A stretch of DNA of 64,000 nucleotides from Candidatus Multivoradales bacterium (GTDB taxonomy: Bacteria; Acidobacteriota; Thermoanaerobaculia; Multivoradales; JAHEKO01): positions 2,688,001 through 2,752,000 of the forward strand of contig CBDFIJ010000004.1 in NCBI GenBank assembly GCA_965248055.1, given 5' to 3'. Position numbers and translations under genes: made by a program. This document shows positions 8,433-17,159 of this stretch, piece after piece. The notes beneath the pieces are model-generated. The model ran no database searches and was not told where the DNA came from. It worked only from the letters and a program-made list of their open reading frames with translations. Position 1 is the stretch's first letter. Each line of letters begins with the position of its first letter.

Positions 8433-11400
8433 TCACTCCATTTTCCTGACGTGGGTGAGATCGGACAACTGCTCGCGAGTGGCTTTGGTGCGCATCTTGA
8501 TCGCGATGCGGAGTTCCTCATGCGGACCACATACCGACCGATAGTCGCAATACTGGCAAGCTCGCTCCCGTGGTGCGGCTGGAAAAAATCCAGTAGCCAT
8601 CGACTGATCGATGGTCTGGAAGACTGTAGTGAGGGACTGTTGCTGGTACTGCCCGGTGGCAACCGTGAGGCTTTGGAATCGCCCTTTCCGGGTCGCGTAC
8701 CACAGGCGGCCCTCACCGACTTCTGCGTCCAGGAGTTGCTCTGCGGCGTAGGCGTAGATCAGCGGTTGTAGCGCCTCACCTCCACCCACCACCAGGGAGC
8801 GGGTGTCGCGGGGTTTGCCGGTCTTGTGGTCGGTCACCCGATAGACGCCATCGACGGCTTTCTCCACCATGTCGATCGAGCCCTTGACTTGGAACCCGTC
8901 CAAGATCTCGGCCGGGTCTTTGGAGCTGGCTGGGTCGTGTTCCAAGTCTCTGGGGAGGCCAAAGGAAAGTTCAAAATAGGCGGGAGCGAACTCGGGGTGG
9001 GCGAGTAATTGCCGCAGCCAACCTCTGAGGTCGGTGCGGATGGACTCGACCTCACCTTGGAACACCACCGGGAGGGCTGGCCTTAGACGATCGGCGTACT
9101 CCGCTGCTACCTCTTCAATCACTTGATCCAACTGTGTGAGTAGGTTGTCCTCGTCCCGCTCCCCTAGCTCCAGCGACCCTTGCTCCTGCAGCTGGTGCAG
9201 GAAGCGAAACTGAATCGCGTGATAGAGGCTGCCGCGAGTCAAAGGGTCGATTTGCTCTAACGCGTGTGCATCATCGCGCGGTCGCAAACGCAGGATGCCT
9301 TGAAGGTAAAAACGATATGGACAGGCGGCGAAGTGCTGTAGGGCAGTTGGCGAATAAGCACGTTCTCGCAAGCTGTAGGAGGCTAGCTTCTCGAGTACTT
9401 GTTCACTCTCTGAGGTCTCACTATCCAGGGTCACCAGCCCATCGACCGCTGAGAGGAAATTGAGCCACCGTCGGCCGCGAACGCGCAGCGAGCGAGCGAG
9501 GTGAGGATTGGTCCTCAACAGATAGTTGGCCTGTCCGGGAGATCGATTGGCCCGCGAGCGAAGCAGCGGCAACAGTCGGACGATGTCGTACTCAGCGTCG
9601 TCCAGCGCAAGGTTGGGATTTTCTTGCAGTGGAGAAGTAGAACTGATCCCAGTCAAAACGCTGATGTCTCCGTAGGCAGCGGCGACCGCGTCGAAGGCGT
9701 AGAACGAGGGCACTCTGGCGCGTCCGGTTAGACCATCCCAACTGGGGTAGGAGATGATCAGTTTTGCCTCGGCTGAAGCTGCGGACACTTGGAGTCGCAA
9801 TCGCTCTTCAGAGATGCGGTCTTCGTTGGTGACCAGATAGGAGTCTAGATCGTGTCTGGTTGTATCGAGAAGAAGTGGGTCTTCGCGAACTTTGCTGGGA
9901 AAGATTCCTTCAGCCATTCCGGGGACCAGGACGGTGTCGAAGGTCAGGCCACGAAAGTCCTCGGCAGTGCCCAGGTAGACCTTTCCAAATGAAGTGCCGT
10001 CAGGTTCGACTCGGAGCAATCCCAGTCGTTCCTCCAGCAGATGGCGAAGTTCCGAAAAGCGAATCGCCCCGACACCAGCCATCGGTCGCAGGTCCGCGAG
10101 CAGCGTTAGTACTCTGCGGGGCTGGCGCAGCGACGCCCTGGCAAGTTGCTCTAGATCGGGAACCCAGTCACCGACGTCGGCCTCCTGGGGGAGGTCGTCG
10201 AGCTTCTTGATCAAGGGGAGTGCAAACGCCTTGAGGTTCTCTACTTGATCCAGTGCCGCACGAATCGCACGATGTTGAGCTTCTTGATCGAAAGCGAGCC
10301 GTTGCAGCCGGTAGCCAAGCTCGTGTTCCAAGCCCTCCAAACGTCGCTGCCAACGATCTGAACCACCAATGACCGACGCCTCGACCAGTAAGTCTTCCCA
10401 CCTACGGGGGAAGCGTGCCGATCGTGGGGAGCCGTTGTTTGCCGACTCTTGAATGGAGGTTGTGGCGTCCTCAAGGGAAAATAGACTGAGCTGCATCTCT
10501 TGTTCATCGTTGGCAATGGCGCGAGCGGCATCGTCTTGTGAAGCCACCCAAGGCAGAGCTGTCGGTGGTGATGCTTCTGAGTCTGGTTTCTGAGAGGGGG
10601 CTTGCGGAACCAAGGCTGGGACTTGGCCCAGCGAAAGATATTCTGCGAATCGATTCGCTGACAAACCCTCGGCCTTGCAAGAGAGCAATGCCAAGAATGC
10701 GCGGCCAGAGGGGTCAGGGCGCAACACCCCACGGCTGAAATACGCCGGAATTTCAGCACGCACGAAGGCTTCTTCCAGAACCGGCTGGTAGCCCTCAGGG
10801 CTTCGTAGCATGATGCCGATGCGATCGTAGGGGACGCCTTGCTTTGCTCGCGCTTGGATCGCTCGCGCCATTTCCAACGCCTCTCGCTCTTCGCCGGCAG
10901 CGGCGACAATCTGCACGGTTTGATCGTTTGCTTGGGGTTCGCCGTTTGGTTTCAAAGAGAACAGTCGTTGGCGCAGTCGACCGAGCCCGGTGCTTGGGTC
11001 GTTGTGGCTGATTGGTTCGACCCCTTGGCAATCCGGCCAGGCCTGCAAGTATCGATTGATGCTCTTTTGATCCCTGGCCTGGATAGCCGCGACGCAAATG
11101 ATTCCAGCCGCCGCCAGCGCACAGGCAAACTCGACCTCGGCCCTAGAGCGCAGCGGGTGATCGAGGGCCAGCAGGCCGTCCAGCGGCGGGTTCTGTGCTT
11201 CCTTCAAGGCCTTAATAGCGTGTTGATAGACCGAAGCGGTATCGGCGATCTTGGCTTGGTCCAGAGCCTCCCTGTAGCAGACGATGATCTGATTCAAATC
11301 CTTGCCGATGCGTGGAGGTGTCTGTAGCAGGTCAGGGTCGACACCCGCTTCTCGAAGCTCTCGAATCGTGGCTGAAAGGCGTCCTGGCAGGCCCGGCGAA

Positions 11401-11768
11401 TCAGCTACTTCTTGCAGCGCGGTCAGTGGTCGGGCCAAGCTGCGCAGAGCGCGAAATATTGCGGCTTCGAGGCCCAGCTTGGTTGCCGGAACCAGTCCCT
11501 GAGCAGACAGGGAGGGGGTCGCTAGGCGTACTGCCAGTTGCCACAGGGACCCCCGCTCAGTGCCGTCCAACAGGTTCGTCTCACCTGATTGGCTGGTTGC
11601 GCTGAGTACAAAATGTAATAGCTGGTTTGCCGACTGCCGCTGGGGCGCGGCGACCCACACTCTACGATTCCCCAGAGCTTGGATCGACTGTGCTGCGACT
11701 CGCAGCAGCTCAGCGTTGGTCACGGCTGTGAGCAAACGTGGTGGTGAGGCGGGGTTCGATGAGGGCAT
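8433..11768 (-). CDS. addB: AddB-like PD-(D/E)XK nuclease subunit with Fe-S cysteines
   Basis: SPTALQHFAACPYRF, GSIDMVE...DHKTG and CQYCDYRSVC; directly upstream of addA. Confidence 0.85.
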   Translation of the reverse strand: MPSSNPASPPRLLTAVTNAELLRVAAQSIQALGNRRVWVAAPQRQSANQLLHFVLSATSQSGETNLLDGTERGSLWQLAVRLATPSLSAQGLVPATKLGLEAAIFRALRSLARPLTALQEVADSPGLPGRLSATIRELREAGVDPDLLQTPPRIGKDLNQIIVCYREALDQAKIADTASVYQHAIKALKEAQNPPLDGLLALDHPLRSRAEVEFACALAAAGIICVAAIQARDQKSINRYLQAWPDCQGVEPISHNDPSTGLGRLRQRLFSLKPNGEPQANDQTVQIVAAAGEEREALEMARAIQARAKQGVPYDRIGIMLRSPEGYQPVLEEAFVRAEIPAYFSRGVLRPDPSGRAFLALLSCKAEGLSANRFAEYLSLGQVPALVPQAPSQKPDSEASPPTALPWVASQDDAARAIANDEQEMQLSLFSLEDATTSIQESANNGSPRSARFPRRWEDLLVEASVIGGSDRWQRRLEGLEHELGYRLQRLAFDQEAQHRAIRAALDQVENLKAFALPLIKKLDDLPQEADVGDWVPDLEQLARASLRQPRRVLTLLADLRPMAGVGAIRFSELRHLLEERLGLLRVEPDGTSFGKVYLGTAEDFRGLTFDTVLVPGMAEGIFPSKVREDPLLLDTTRHDLDSYLVTNEDRISEERLRLQVSAASAEAKLIISYPSWDGLTGRARVPSFYAFDAVAAAYGDISVLTGISSTSPLQENPNLALDDAEYDIVRLLPLLRSRANRSPGQANYLLRTNPHLARSLRVRGRRWLNFLSAVDGLVTLDSETSESEQVLEKLASYSLRERAYSPTALQHFAACPYRFYLQGILRLRPRDDAHALEQIDPLTRGSLYHAIQFRFLHQLQEQGSLELGERDEDNLLTQLDQVIEEVAAEYADRLRPALPVVFQGEVESIRTDLRGWLRQLLAHPEFAPAYFELSFGLPRDLEHDPASSKDPAEILDGFQVKGSIDMVEKAVDGVYRVTDHKTGKPRDTRSLVVGGGEALQPLIYAYAAEQLLDAEVGEGRLWYATRKGRFQSLTVATGQYQQQSLTTVFQTIDQSMATGFFPAAPRERACQYCDYRSVCGPHEELRIAIKMRTKATREQLSDLTHVRKME

Positions 11769-11846
11769 CGGCGGCTAGAATAGCGCTAGGGGGCCACAGA
11801 GTCGGTCAATTCCGGTTATTCGCCCCGGACGATCTACTCGGCCGCT

Positions 11847-13328
11847 TTGTCTATGACGATCAGGATTCACCACCGCCCCGAGGACCTAGAGGGTCTACAC
11901 CGGCTGGCTTTGCGGTTGATCAACGCCGATAGTCACGAGGACCTTCTCAACGCGGTTGCTGAAGAAGCGATGCGGATCCTGGTTGCCGATCGGGGTCTGC
12001 TACTGCTATCGCGCTCGGAGGGCGAAGATCCCCAGGTCGTTCGTTCGTGGGGGAAGCAATCCGGCAACCACGATGTCAGTAAAGCGGTCTTGGACCGGGT
12101 GATGAGTCACGGTGAACCGTTGTTGATCGAAGACGCGCTGGCGGACGAAAAACTTGCGATCCGCGAGAGTGTGCAGCGTTTGGAGATTCGTTCCGTTCTG
12201 GCGGCTCCGCTGCGTTTTGGTGGCGAGATCTGCGGTGCACTGTATCTGGAAACCACCCCTGATCTACGCATCTACGCTGATGAAGAGTTCGACATCTTTA
12301 ACCGCATTCTTGAACTGTCTTCCCGTGCTTTGGAGGCCAACACCAAGAAGTTATTGTTGGAACAAAGGAGCTCTCTTCTGGAGCGAGATCTTCGAGCCCG
12401 CTACCGGTTCCCCGGGATTGTCACCTCGCATGGCGCCATGCTCGCGGTATTGGAGACGCTGGGTAGCGTCGCAGCCACCAATCTGGCGATCCTGATTCAG
12501 GGCGAGAGCGGCACCGGCAAAGAACTGTTGGCGCGAGCGGTGTACGTCAACAGCCGCCGCAACGAATTGCCTTTCCAGGTCATCAACTGCGCTGCGATCG
12601 CCCCGACATTGATTGAGAGTGAGCTGTTCGGCCATGTCAAAGGGGCTTTTACCGGCGCCACCCAAGACAAGAAAGGTCTAATTGCCGAGGTCGACGGGGG
12701 AACTGTGTTTCTGGATGAGGTCGGCGAATTGCCGATCGAGTTGCAAAGCAAATTGTTGCGGACGTTACAGTTTGGCGAAGTGCAGAGGGTGGGCTCGGCG
12801 CGCGCAGAAACGGTAGACATTCGTTTCGTCGCGGCGACCAACAAGCGTCTAGATCAAGAGGTCGAGGCAAAACGTTTTCGCGAAGATTTGTATTTTCGCC
12901 TGAATGCCGTGGTGTTAGAAATCCCCCCTTTGCGTGATCGCCGCGAGGATATCTTGCTGTTATTCCAACATTTCCTGCGGCGCGAGTGCGAGGTGCAGGA
13001 GCGCGAGTTGCCCGAAGTGGCTGAACAAGTAAGAGTTGCATTGGCGGAGTTTTCTTGGCCGGGGAATGTCCGGCAATTGGAGAATGAGACTTTTCGCGCC
13101 TTGGCAATGGCCGGGCAAGAACGTCGGATCGAATTTCGCCATCTGTCGCGGCAACTCAGAGGTCATCGGGTTGAAGTAACTGCGCTGGAACCATTAGCCG
13201 AAGTCGAGCGCAAAGTGGTGCGAGAACATCTGCGTCGCGCGAACGGAAACAAATCACTGGCGGCCAGAACACTGGGTTTAAGTCGTGAAGGGTTGAGAAA
13301 GAAGCTAAACCGTTGGGAAAAGGTTTAG
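11847..13328 (+). CDS. GAF-domain sigma54-dependent Fis-family transcriptional activator
   Basis: N-terminal GAF (IRSVLAAPL...GALYL), GESGTGKE, ESELFGHVKGAFTGA, FREDLYFRL, WPGNVRQL and C-terminal HTH. Confidence 0.93.
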   Translation: MSMTIRIHHRPEDLEGLHRLALRLINADSHEDLLNAVAEEAMRILVADRGLLLLSRSEGEDPQVVRSWGKQSGNHDVSKAVLDRVMSHGEPLLIEDALADEKLAIRESVQRLEIRSVLAAPLRFGGEICGALYLETTPDLRIYADEEFDIFNRILELSSRALEANTKKLLLEQRSSLLERDLRARYRFPGIVTSHGAMLAVLETLGSVAATNLAILIQGESGTGKELLARAVYVNSRRNELPFQVINCAAIAPTLIESELFGHVKGAFTGATQDKKGLIAEVDGGTVFLDEVGELPIELQSKLLRTLQFGEVQRVGSARAETVDIRFVAATNKRLDQEVEAKRFREDLYFRLNAVVLEIPPLRDRREDILLLFQHFLRRECEVQERELPEVAEQVRVALAEFSWPGNVRQLENETFRALAMAGQERRIEFRHLSRQLRGHRVEVTALEPLAEVERKVVREHLRRANGNKSLAARTLGLSREGLRKKLNRWEKV

Positions 13329-13339
13329 GAGCGCCCAAT

Positions 13340-13442
13340 GTGCCTCTAAAGTGGGCGAGTCAGGGTGCCAACAATACGGACACTGCAGCTGAGAAGGGAT
13401 TCTTTGGTGACCACTTAGTTGGCATCCACGGTCTGTTGGCAA
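13340..13442. promoter_or_regulatory. Candidate enhancer (UAS) array of imperfect GTGCCAAC-N3-GTTGGCAC palindromes
   Basis: GTGCCTCT-aaa-GTGGGCGA (13340), GTGCCAAC-aat-ACGGACAC (13365), GTGACCAC-tta-GTTGGCAT (13407) and half-site GTTGGCAA (13435). They lie 115-215 bp upstream of the predicted +1 of a sigma54 promoter. Confidence 0.45.
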
Positions 13443-13528
13443 CTGCGGATTGGATCATTTGAGGTTGCAGTTCGTGTTTAAGTGCTTGTTGTACAGCGGT
13501 TTACCAATAGTCCAGGTTCGACTAGAAG

Positions 13529-13545
13529 TTGGCACAGCTAGTGCT
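13529..13545 (+). promoter_or_regulatory. sigma54 (-24/-12) promoter
   Basis: TTGGCACAGCTAGTGCT: GG-N10-GC, close to the YTGGCACG-N4-TTGCW consensus; intergenic. Confidence 0.75.
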
Positions 13546-13555
13546 CTTACAGAAG

Positions 13556-13688
13556 GGTGAAGATAACCGTCCTCGTGTTCGGCTGAGACGGTAGGAACTT
13601 CACGGTTAGTCTGGTTCCCCCCGCAATACAACTAGATTTTCCGTCCACTCCCCAAGAGACCCGGCTCCACGCCGGGTCTCTTTCTTTT
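13556..13688 (+). ncRNA. Putative sigma54-dependent small RNA, three stem-loops with C-rich single-stranded segments
   Basis: Bounded by the sigma54 promoter and an intrinsic terminator. Stems GTGAAG/CTTCAC plus ACCGT/ACGGT; AGTCTGGTT/AACTAGATT with loop CCCCCCGCAATAC; linker CCACTCCCC. No ORF in the track. Confidence 0.62.
13654..13688 (+). terminator. Rho-independent terminator
   Basis: Perfect 10-bp GC stem GAGACCCGGC-TCCAC-GCCGGGTCTC followed by TTTCTTTT. Confidence 0.88.
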
Positions 13689-13759
13689 ATGGCTTTCGCG
13701 AAGGGGTGTTTTCTTTCCCTGAGCAAGCCGCTACCGTTGATTTCAGGATCTAGCCCCAG

Positions 13760-14977
13760 TCAGCAAGATAATCCCAGGATCCGGATGGATGACACCGAAG
13801 TGCCTATGTCCATGGCTGTCTCACCTGGGGGGATTTCTAGCAAGCACGGAGCACTAGCGAACGCGGCCAAGTGATGCGAGCCGATCGGCACAGTGACACG
13901 GCTGCGTCCTCGATCATCGCTATGGGCTGGCAAGTAGCGGGTTTTCTCGCGGTGCGGGTAGATCGGGCTAGAGAGTTGCTGTTGTATGCGTACCTGGTCC
14001 CAGACGTCGTTATCGCCCTCCAGAGCTTTCAGCAGCGGCAGGACAAACACATGAAAACCGACGAGGACCGCTGCCGGGTTGCCAGGTAGGCCGATGGCCC
14101 ATTGCCGCTGACGCCGGGCAATCAAGATCGGTTTGCCGGGCTGCATCGCTACTTTGTGGTGGCTGATTGTGAAGCCGACTGAGGTCAACGCTTCCGGAAT
14201 CAGGTCGTAGCGACCCGCGGAGACGCCGCCGGTCGTGATCACTAAGTCCAAATCAGCGGTCTGGTCCAGCGAGCTGCGCAGAGTTTTCATTTGATCACCA
14301 ACCACGCCGAGGGCGACGGGTTCGATTCCCAGGCCATCAAGCATGCCGTGGAGCAGGGGAGTGTGGGAGTCAGCGATGGTGCCGGCTGTAAGTTCGATCG
14401 GAGCTGAACCGCTGGCTGTTACAACTTCGTTTCCGGTAATCAGTGTTCCGACTTTGGGTTTGGAAAATGCGCGAACTGTGGTCCGCCCTTCGCCGGCAGC
14501 CATGCTCAGATGAATCGGGTTCAGTCGGGTAGGTGAAGCAACCAGTGATTGCCCAGCGCTGTGGACTTCGGCTTGGCGACGAATGTGAGCGCCGCGAACG
14601 GTTGGCACTTGGATTGTCACTGTGGAATCATTGAGGAGAGTGGTCTGCTCTACGGGTACCACACGATCCGTGCCTTCGGGGAGCCAAGCTCCGGTCATGA
14701 TCGCCACCGCGCAACCGGACTCAACCACTTCTGCAAACGGAGCTCCGGCGGCAACTTCCCCGATGACCTTCAATTGCGCCCCTGGTTGGTGATCGCCGCG
14801 ATAGGCGTATCCATCCATTGCCGACACATCGGCTCTCGGGTAGTCCCAGTGCGCCTCAATTGGCGCCGCTAGGACCCTACCCAGGGCATCTTGAAGGGCA
14901 ACCTGATGGCATTCGGTTGCTGCAATATGCGGTTGGATTTGCGACCACACAAGGTGCGGTGTTGGAAGAGGTTCCAT
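13760..14977 (-). CDS. moeA: Molybdopterin molybdotransferase
   Basis: ALGRVLA, SAMDGYA, IMTGA, TGNEV, TTGGVSAG, QPGKP and GLPGNP motifs. Confidence 0.93.
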   Translation of the reverse strand: MEPLPTPHLVWSQIQPHIAATECHQVALQDALGRVLAAPIEAHWDYPRADVSAMDGYAYRGDHQPGAQLKVIGEVAAGAPFAEVVESGCAVAIMTGAWLPEGTDRVVPVEQTTLLNDSTVTIQVPTVRGAHIRRQAEVHSAGQSLVASPTRLNPIHLSMAAGEGRTTVRAFSKPKVGTLITGNEVVTASGSAPIELTAGTIADSHTPLLHGMLDGLGIEPVALGVVGDQMKTLRSSLDQTADLDLVITTGGVSAGRYDLIPEALTSVGFTISHHKVAMQPGKPILIARRQRQWAIGLPGNPAAVLVGFHVFVLPLLKALEGDNDVWDQVRIQQQLSSPIYPHREKTRYLPAHSDDRGRSRVTVPIGSHHLAAFASAPCLLEIPPGETAMDIGTSVSSIRILGLSC

Positions 14978-15027
14978 TGAGCACAGTCTGGTTTATTGCG
15001 ATGGTAGGATCAACCACTTTTTTCGCT

Positions 15028-15855
15028 ATGACTGCAGACCCCAATCGAAGTTCAACCGCCCATGCGATTCGTTTTGAATCGGAGCCAGAATTCAGGGTGT
15101 CTCTCGGACAAAGTGGACCACCTGAGATCCTCAGCGCGATCGAACGCATGGGCTTGACCGGAGTCCTGTCGGTGAGTCGTGGTGTGACGGTGAAAGAACT
15201 GACGGTCGAGGGCGGTGAATTGCTAAATGCTGCCTCGACCGATCTCCGTGACAGTTTGGGTTCTCACCTTGAAGACTCAGGGATTCTTGATGTTGAGACG
15301 TTGGAGAGTTTTGCCGACCCGGGCAAGGCAAGGTTGAAGCTCGGTGAGAGGTTGGTTGCGGCCGACGTACTGACCCCAAGCCAGATGCGGCGCGCGATTT
15401 GTGGCCAAATGGAATCGATCGTTCTCAGTCTATTTTCGTGGCCTGATGGAGAGGCCAGTTTTCGACCTGGGCCAGTCGAGAGCCGTTCGGGAGTCGGAGA
15501 TTTGGAGTTACGGCCCTTGATCTACCAAGGGATTCTCTCGATGACAGATCCAGGGCGGATCTTGGCCATTCTGGGTGGTCCCGAACGAATCCTACGACCG
15601 GTCCATCGACCGGAGGATTCGATTCGACTCAAACTGGAGACTGACGACTGGGAGTTCTTACGTTCGGTCAACGGCGATTTAACCATTGAAGAATTGGCTG
15701 CCTCGGGACCTTACATGTACCCCGACAACTTACGTCGGTTGTATGCTTTCGCGCTTTTGGGACTGTTGGAGGTGGGCGACAAGCCTGCGGCCAGCGGTGG
15801 TGGCTCCTTCAAGGTCAAAATTAGCCGTCCGGCTTCAGAGTCCTCGGTTGACTAG
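15028..15855 (+). CDS. DUF4388 (PatA-N-like) domain protein
   Basis: PEILSAI...LTGVLSV...GELLNAAS...LGxxL repeats...LFSWPDGEASF pattern. Start placed at ATG 15028. Confidence 0.7.
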   Translation: MTADPNRSSTAHAIRFESEPEFRVSLGQSGPPEILSAIERMGLTGVLSVSRGVTVKELTVEGGELLNAASTDLRDSLGSHLEDSGILDVETLESFADPGKARLKLGERLVAADVLTPSQMRRAICGQMESIVLSLFSWPDGEASFRPGPVESRSGVGDLELRPLIYQGILSMTDPGRILAILGGPERILRPVHRPEDSIRLKLETDDWEFLRSVNGDLTIEELAASGPYMYPDNLRRLYAFALLGLLEVGDKPAASGGGSFKVKISRPASESSVD

Positions 15856-15881
15856 GCCGCGAAAAGACATCTAGGAAAACA

Positions 15882-16214
15882 ATGCCAATTTACGAATACC
15901 GGTGTACCAAGTGTGCGCAAACGACAGAACTCATTCAGGGAATCAACGACCCTGCCGCCAGCAAATGTCCAGAATGCGGTGGAACCCTAGCAAAACTATT
16001 CTCGGCTCCTTCCTTTCAATTCAAGGGCAGTGGCTGGTATGTCACGGACTATGCTGACAAAGGCCAAGGAAATAAGGTGCAAGGAAGCCAAGAGCAAGGG
16101 ACCGAGTCGGGCGAGGGAAAGGGCGACAATTCGACCGATTCTGAGAGTTCGGCGAAATCGGAGAAAGTAGAGAAGAAAGAAAAACCCAAGACAGTGACCA
16201 CTGCCTCCGAGTGA
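15882..16214 (+). CDS. FmdB-family zinc-ribbon protein
   Basis: MPIYEYRCTKC...CPECGG...FKGSGWYVTDY plus a low-complexity tail. Confidence 0.92.
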   Translation: MPIYEYRCTKCAQTTELIQGINDPAASKCPECGGTLAKLFSAPSFQFKGSGWYVTDYADKGQGNKVQGSQEQGTESGEGKGDNSTDSESSAKSEKVEKKEKPKTVTTASE

Positions 16215-16295
16215 GACGCAGCAAGCTAGCCTCGACTCAAGCCAAAAAATTTTCGCACGCCACCCCGGTAGCTGTGCCTGAGGGGCGAAGCGAGC

Positions 16296-17159
16296 GTGGG
16301 TAAGACGACCGTCGAAGCACGCGGTAGTGGGACACGCGGTAGCGATGCGACCGAGGTACTGCACCAAGCTCTGCACCAAATCGAGGCTGGGCGTAAGGTA
16401 GCGATTTGCCATATTCTGGAGATTCAAGGGTCGGTTCCCTGCCGACCTGGGTGGAAGAAGCTGATCACTGATGACGAAACGACATTCGGCAATTTGGGGG
16501 GCGGAGCTTTCGAAGCCCAAGTTATCGCTGATGCCCTGCAACAGCTGCAGGGCACTTCGACCGGGATTCGCGATCGTTACTACTTCACCGAGAAGGCGAA
16601 ACAGGGTTTGGCGACTGGAATGTCCTGTGGCGGTTACGCTGAGGTTTGGATCGAAGTAATGTGCGCTAGCCCGGTTTTGGTGGTCTGCGGCGGTGGCCCG
16701 GTTGGTCAGGCGCTGGCGGTGCATGGATCCTTGTGTGGGTTTGAGGTGTTGGTGGCCGACGACCGAGCTGAGTTTGCCGATCCTGAGCTTCACCCCAATG
16801 CTCAGGTTGTCGTTGTTCAGTCGGATTACCAGAATCTAAAGCTAGATCGTTTCGAGTCGCGAGATCTTTACGTTTGCGTGGTCAGTCGCGCTTGGGATGT
16901 GGATGCTGCGGCACTTCGCAGCGTGCTGGAACAAGAACGAAAGAACTTGAGATACCTGGGGCTGATGGGCAGCCGCCGAAAGATTGCCAAAGTCAAAGAA
17001 CACCTAGCTGACCTGGGGCCCGGGGTGGAGTCGATTCGAGCTCCCATCGGTCTCGCCATCGGCGGTCAGACTCCGGCAGAGATAGCAGTATCGATTGTCG
17101 CTGAGTTGATCCAGGTTCGTTATCAACCGACAGATTCTGAACCGCAGCCGTCGCCTTAG
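16296..17159 (+). CDS. xdhC: XdhC/CoxI family molybdenum-cofactor chaperone
   Basis: GNLGGGAFE, GMSCGG, VCGGGPVG, YLGLMGSRRK and APIGLAIGGQTPAEIAVSIVAE. Confidence 0.9.
   Translation: MGKTTVEARGSGTRGSDATEVLHQALHQIEAGRKVAICHILEIQGSVPCRPGWKKLITDDETTFGNLGGGAFEAQVIADALQQLQGTSTGIRDRYYFTEKAKQGLATGMSCGGYAEVWIEVMCASPVLVVCGGGPVGQALAVHGSLCGFEVLVADDRAEFADPELHPNAQVVVVQSDYQNLKLDRFESRDLYVCVVSRAWDVDAAALRSVLEQERKNLRYLGLMGSRRKIAKVKEHLADLGPGVESIRAPIGLAIGGQTPAEIAVSIVAELIQVRYQPTDSEPQPSP

Noticed and set aside
8429-8716. N-terminal extension of the AddA ORF overlapping addB
   Set aside because: Non-homologous low-complexity sequence; the real start is near 8428.
13365-13442. Similarity of the TGCCAAC motifs to the IS3 terminus (possible IS scar)
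   Set aside because: Only 7 bp match, with none of the remaining inverted repeat (TGAGACA); an enhancer interpretation fits better.
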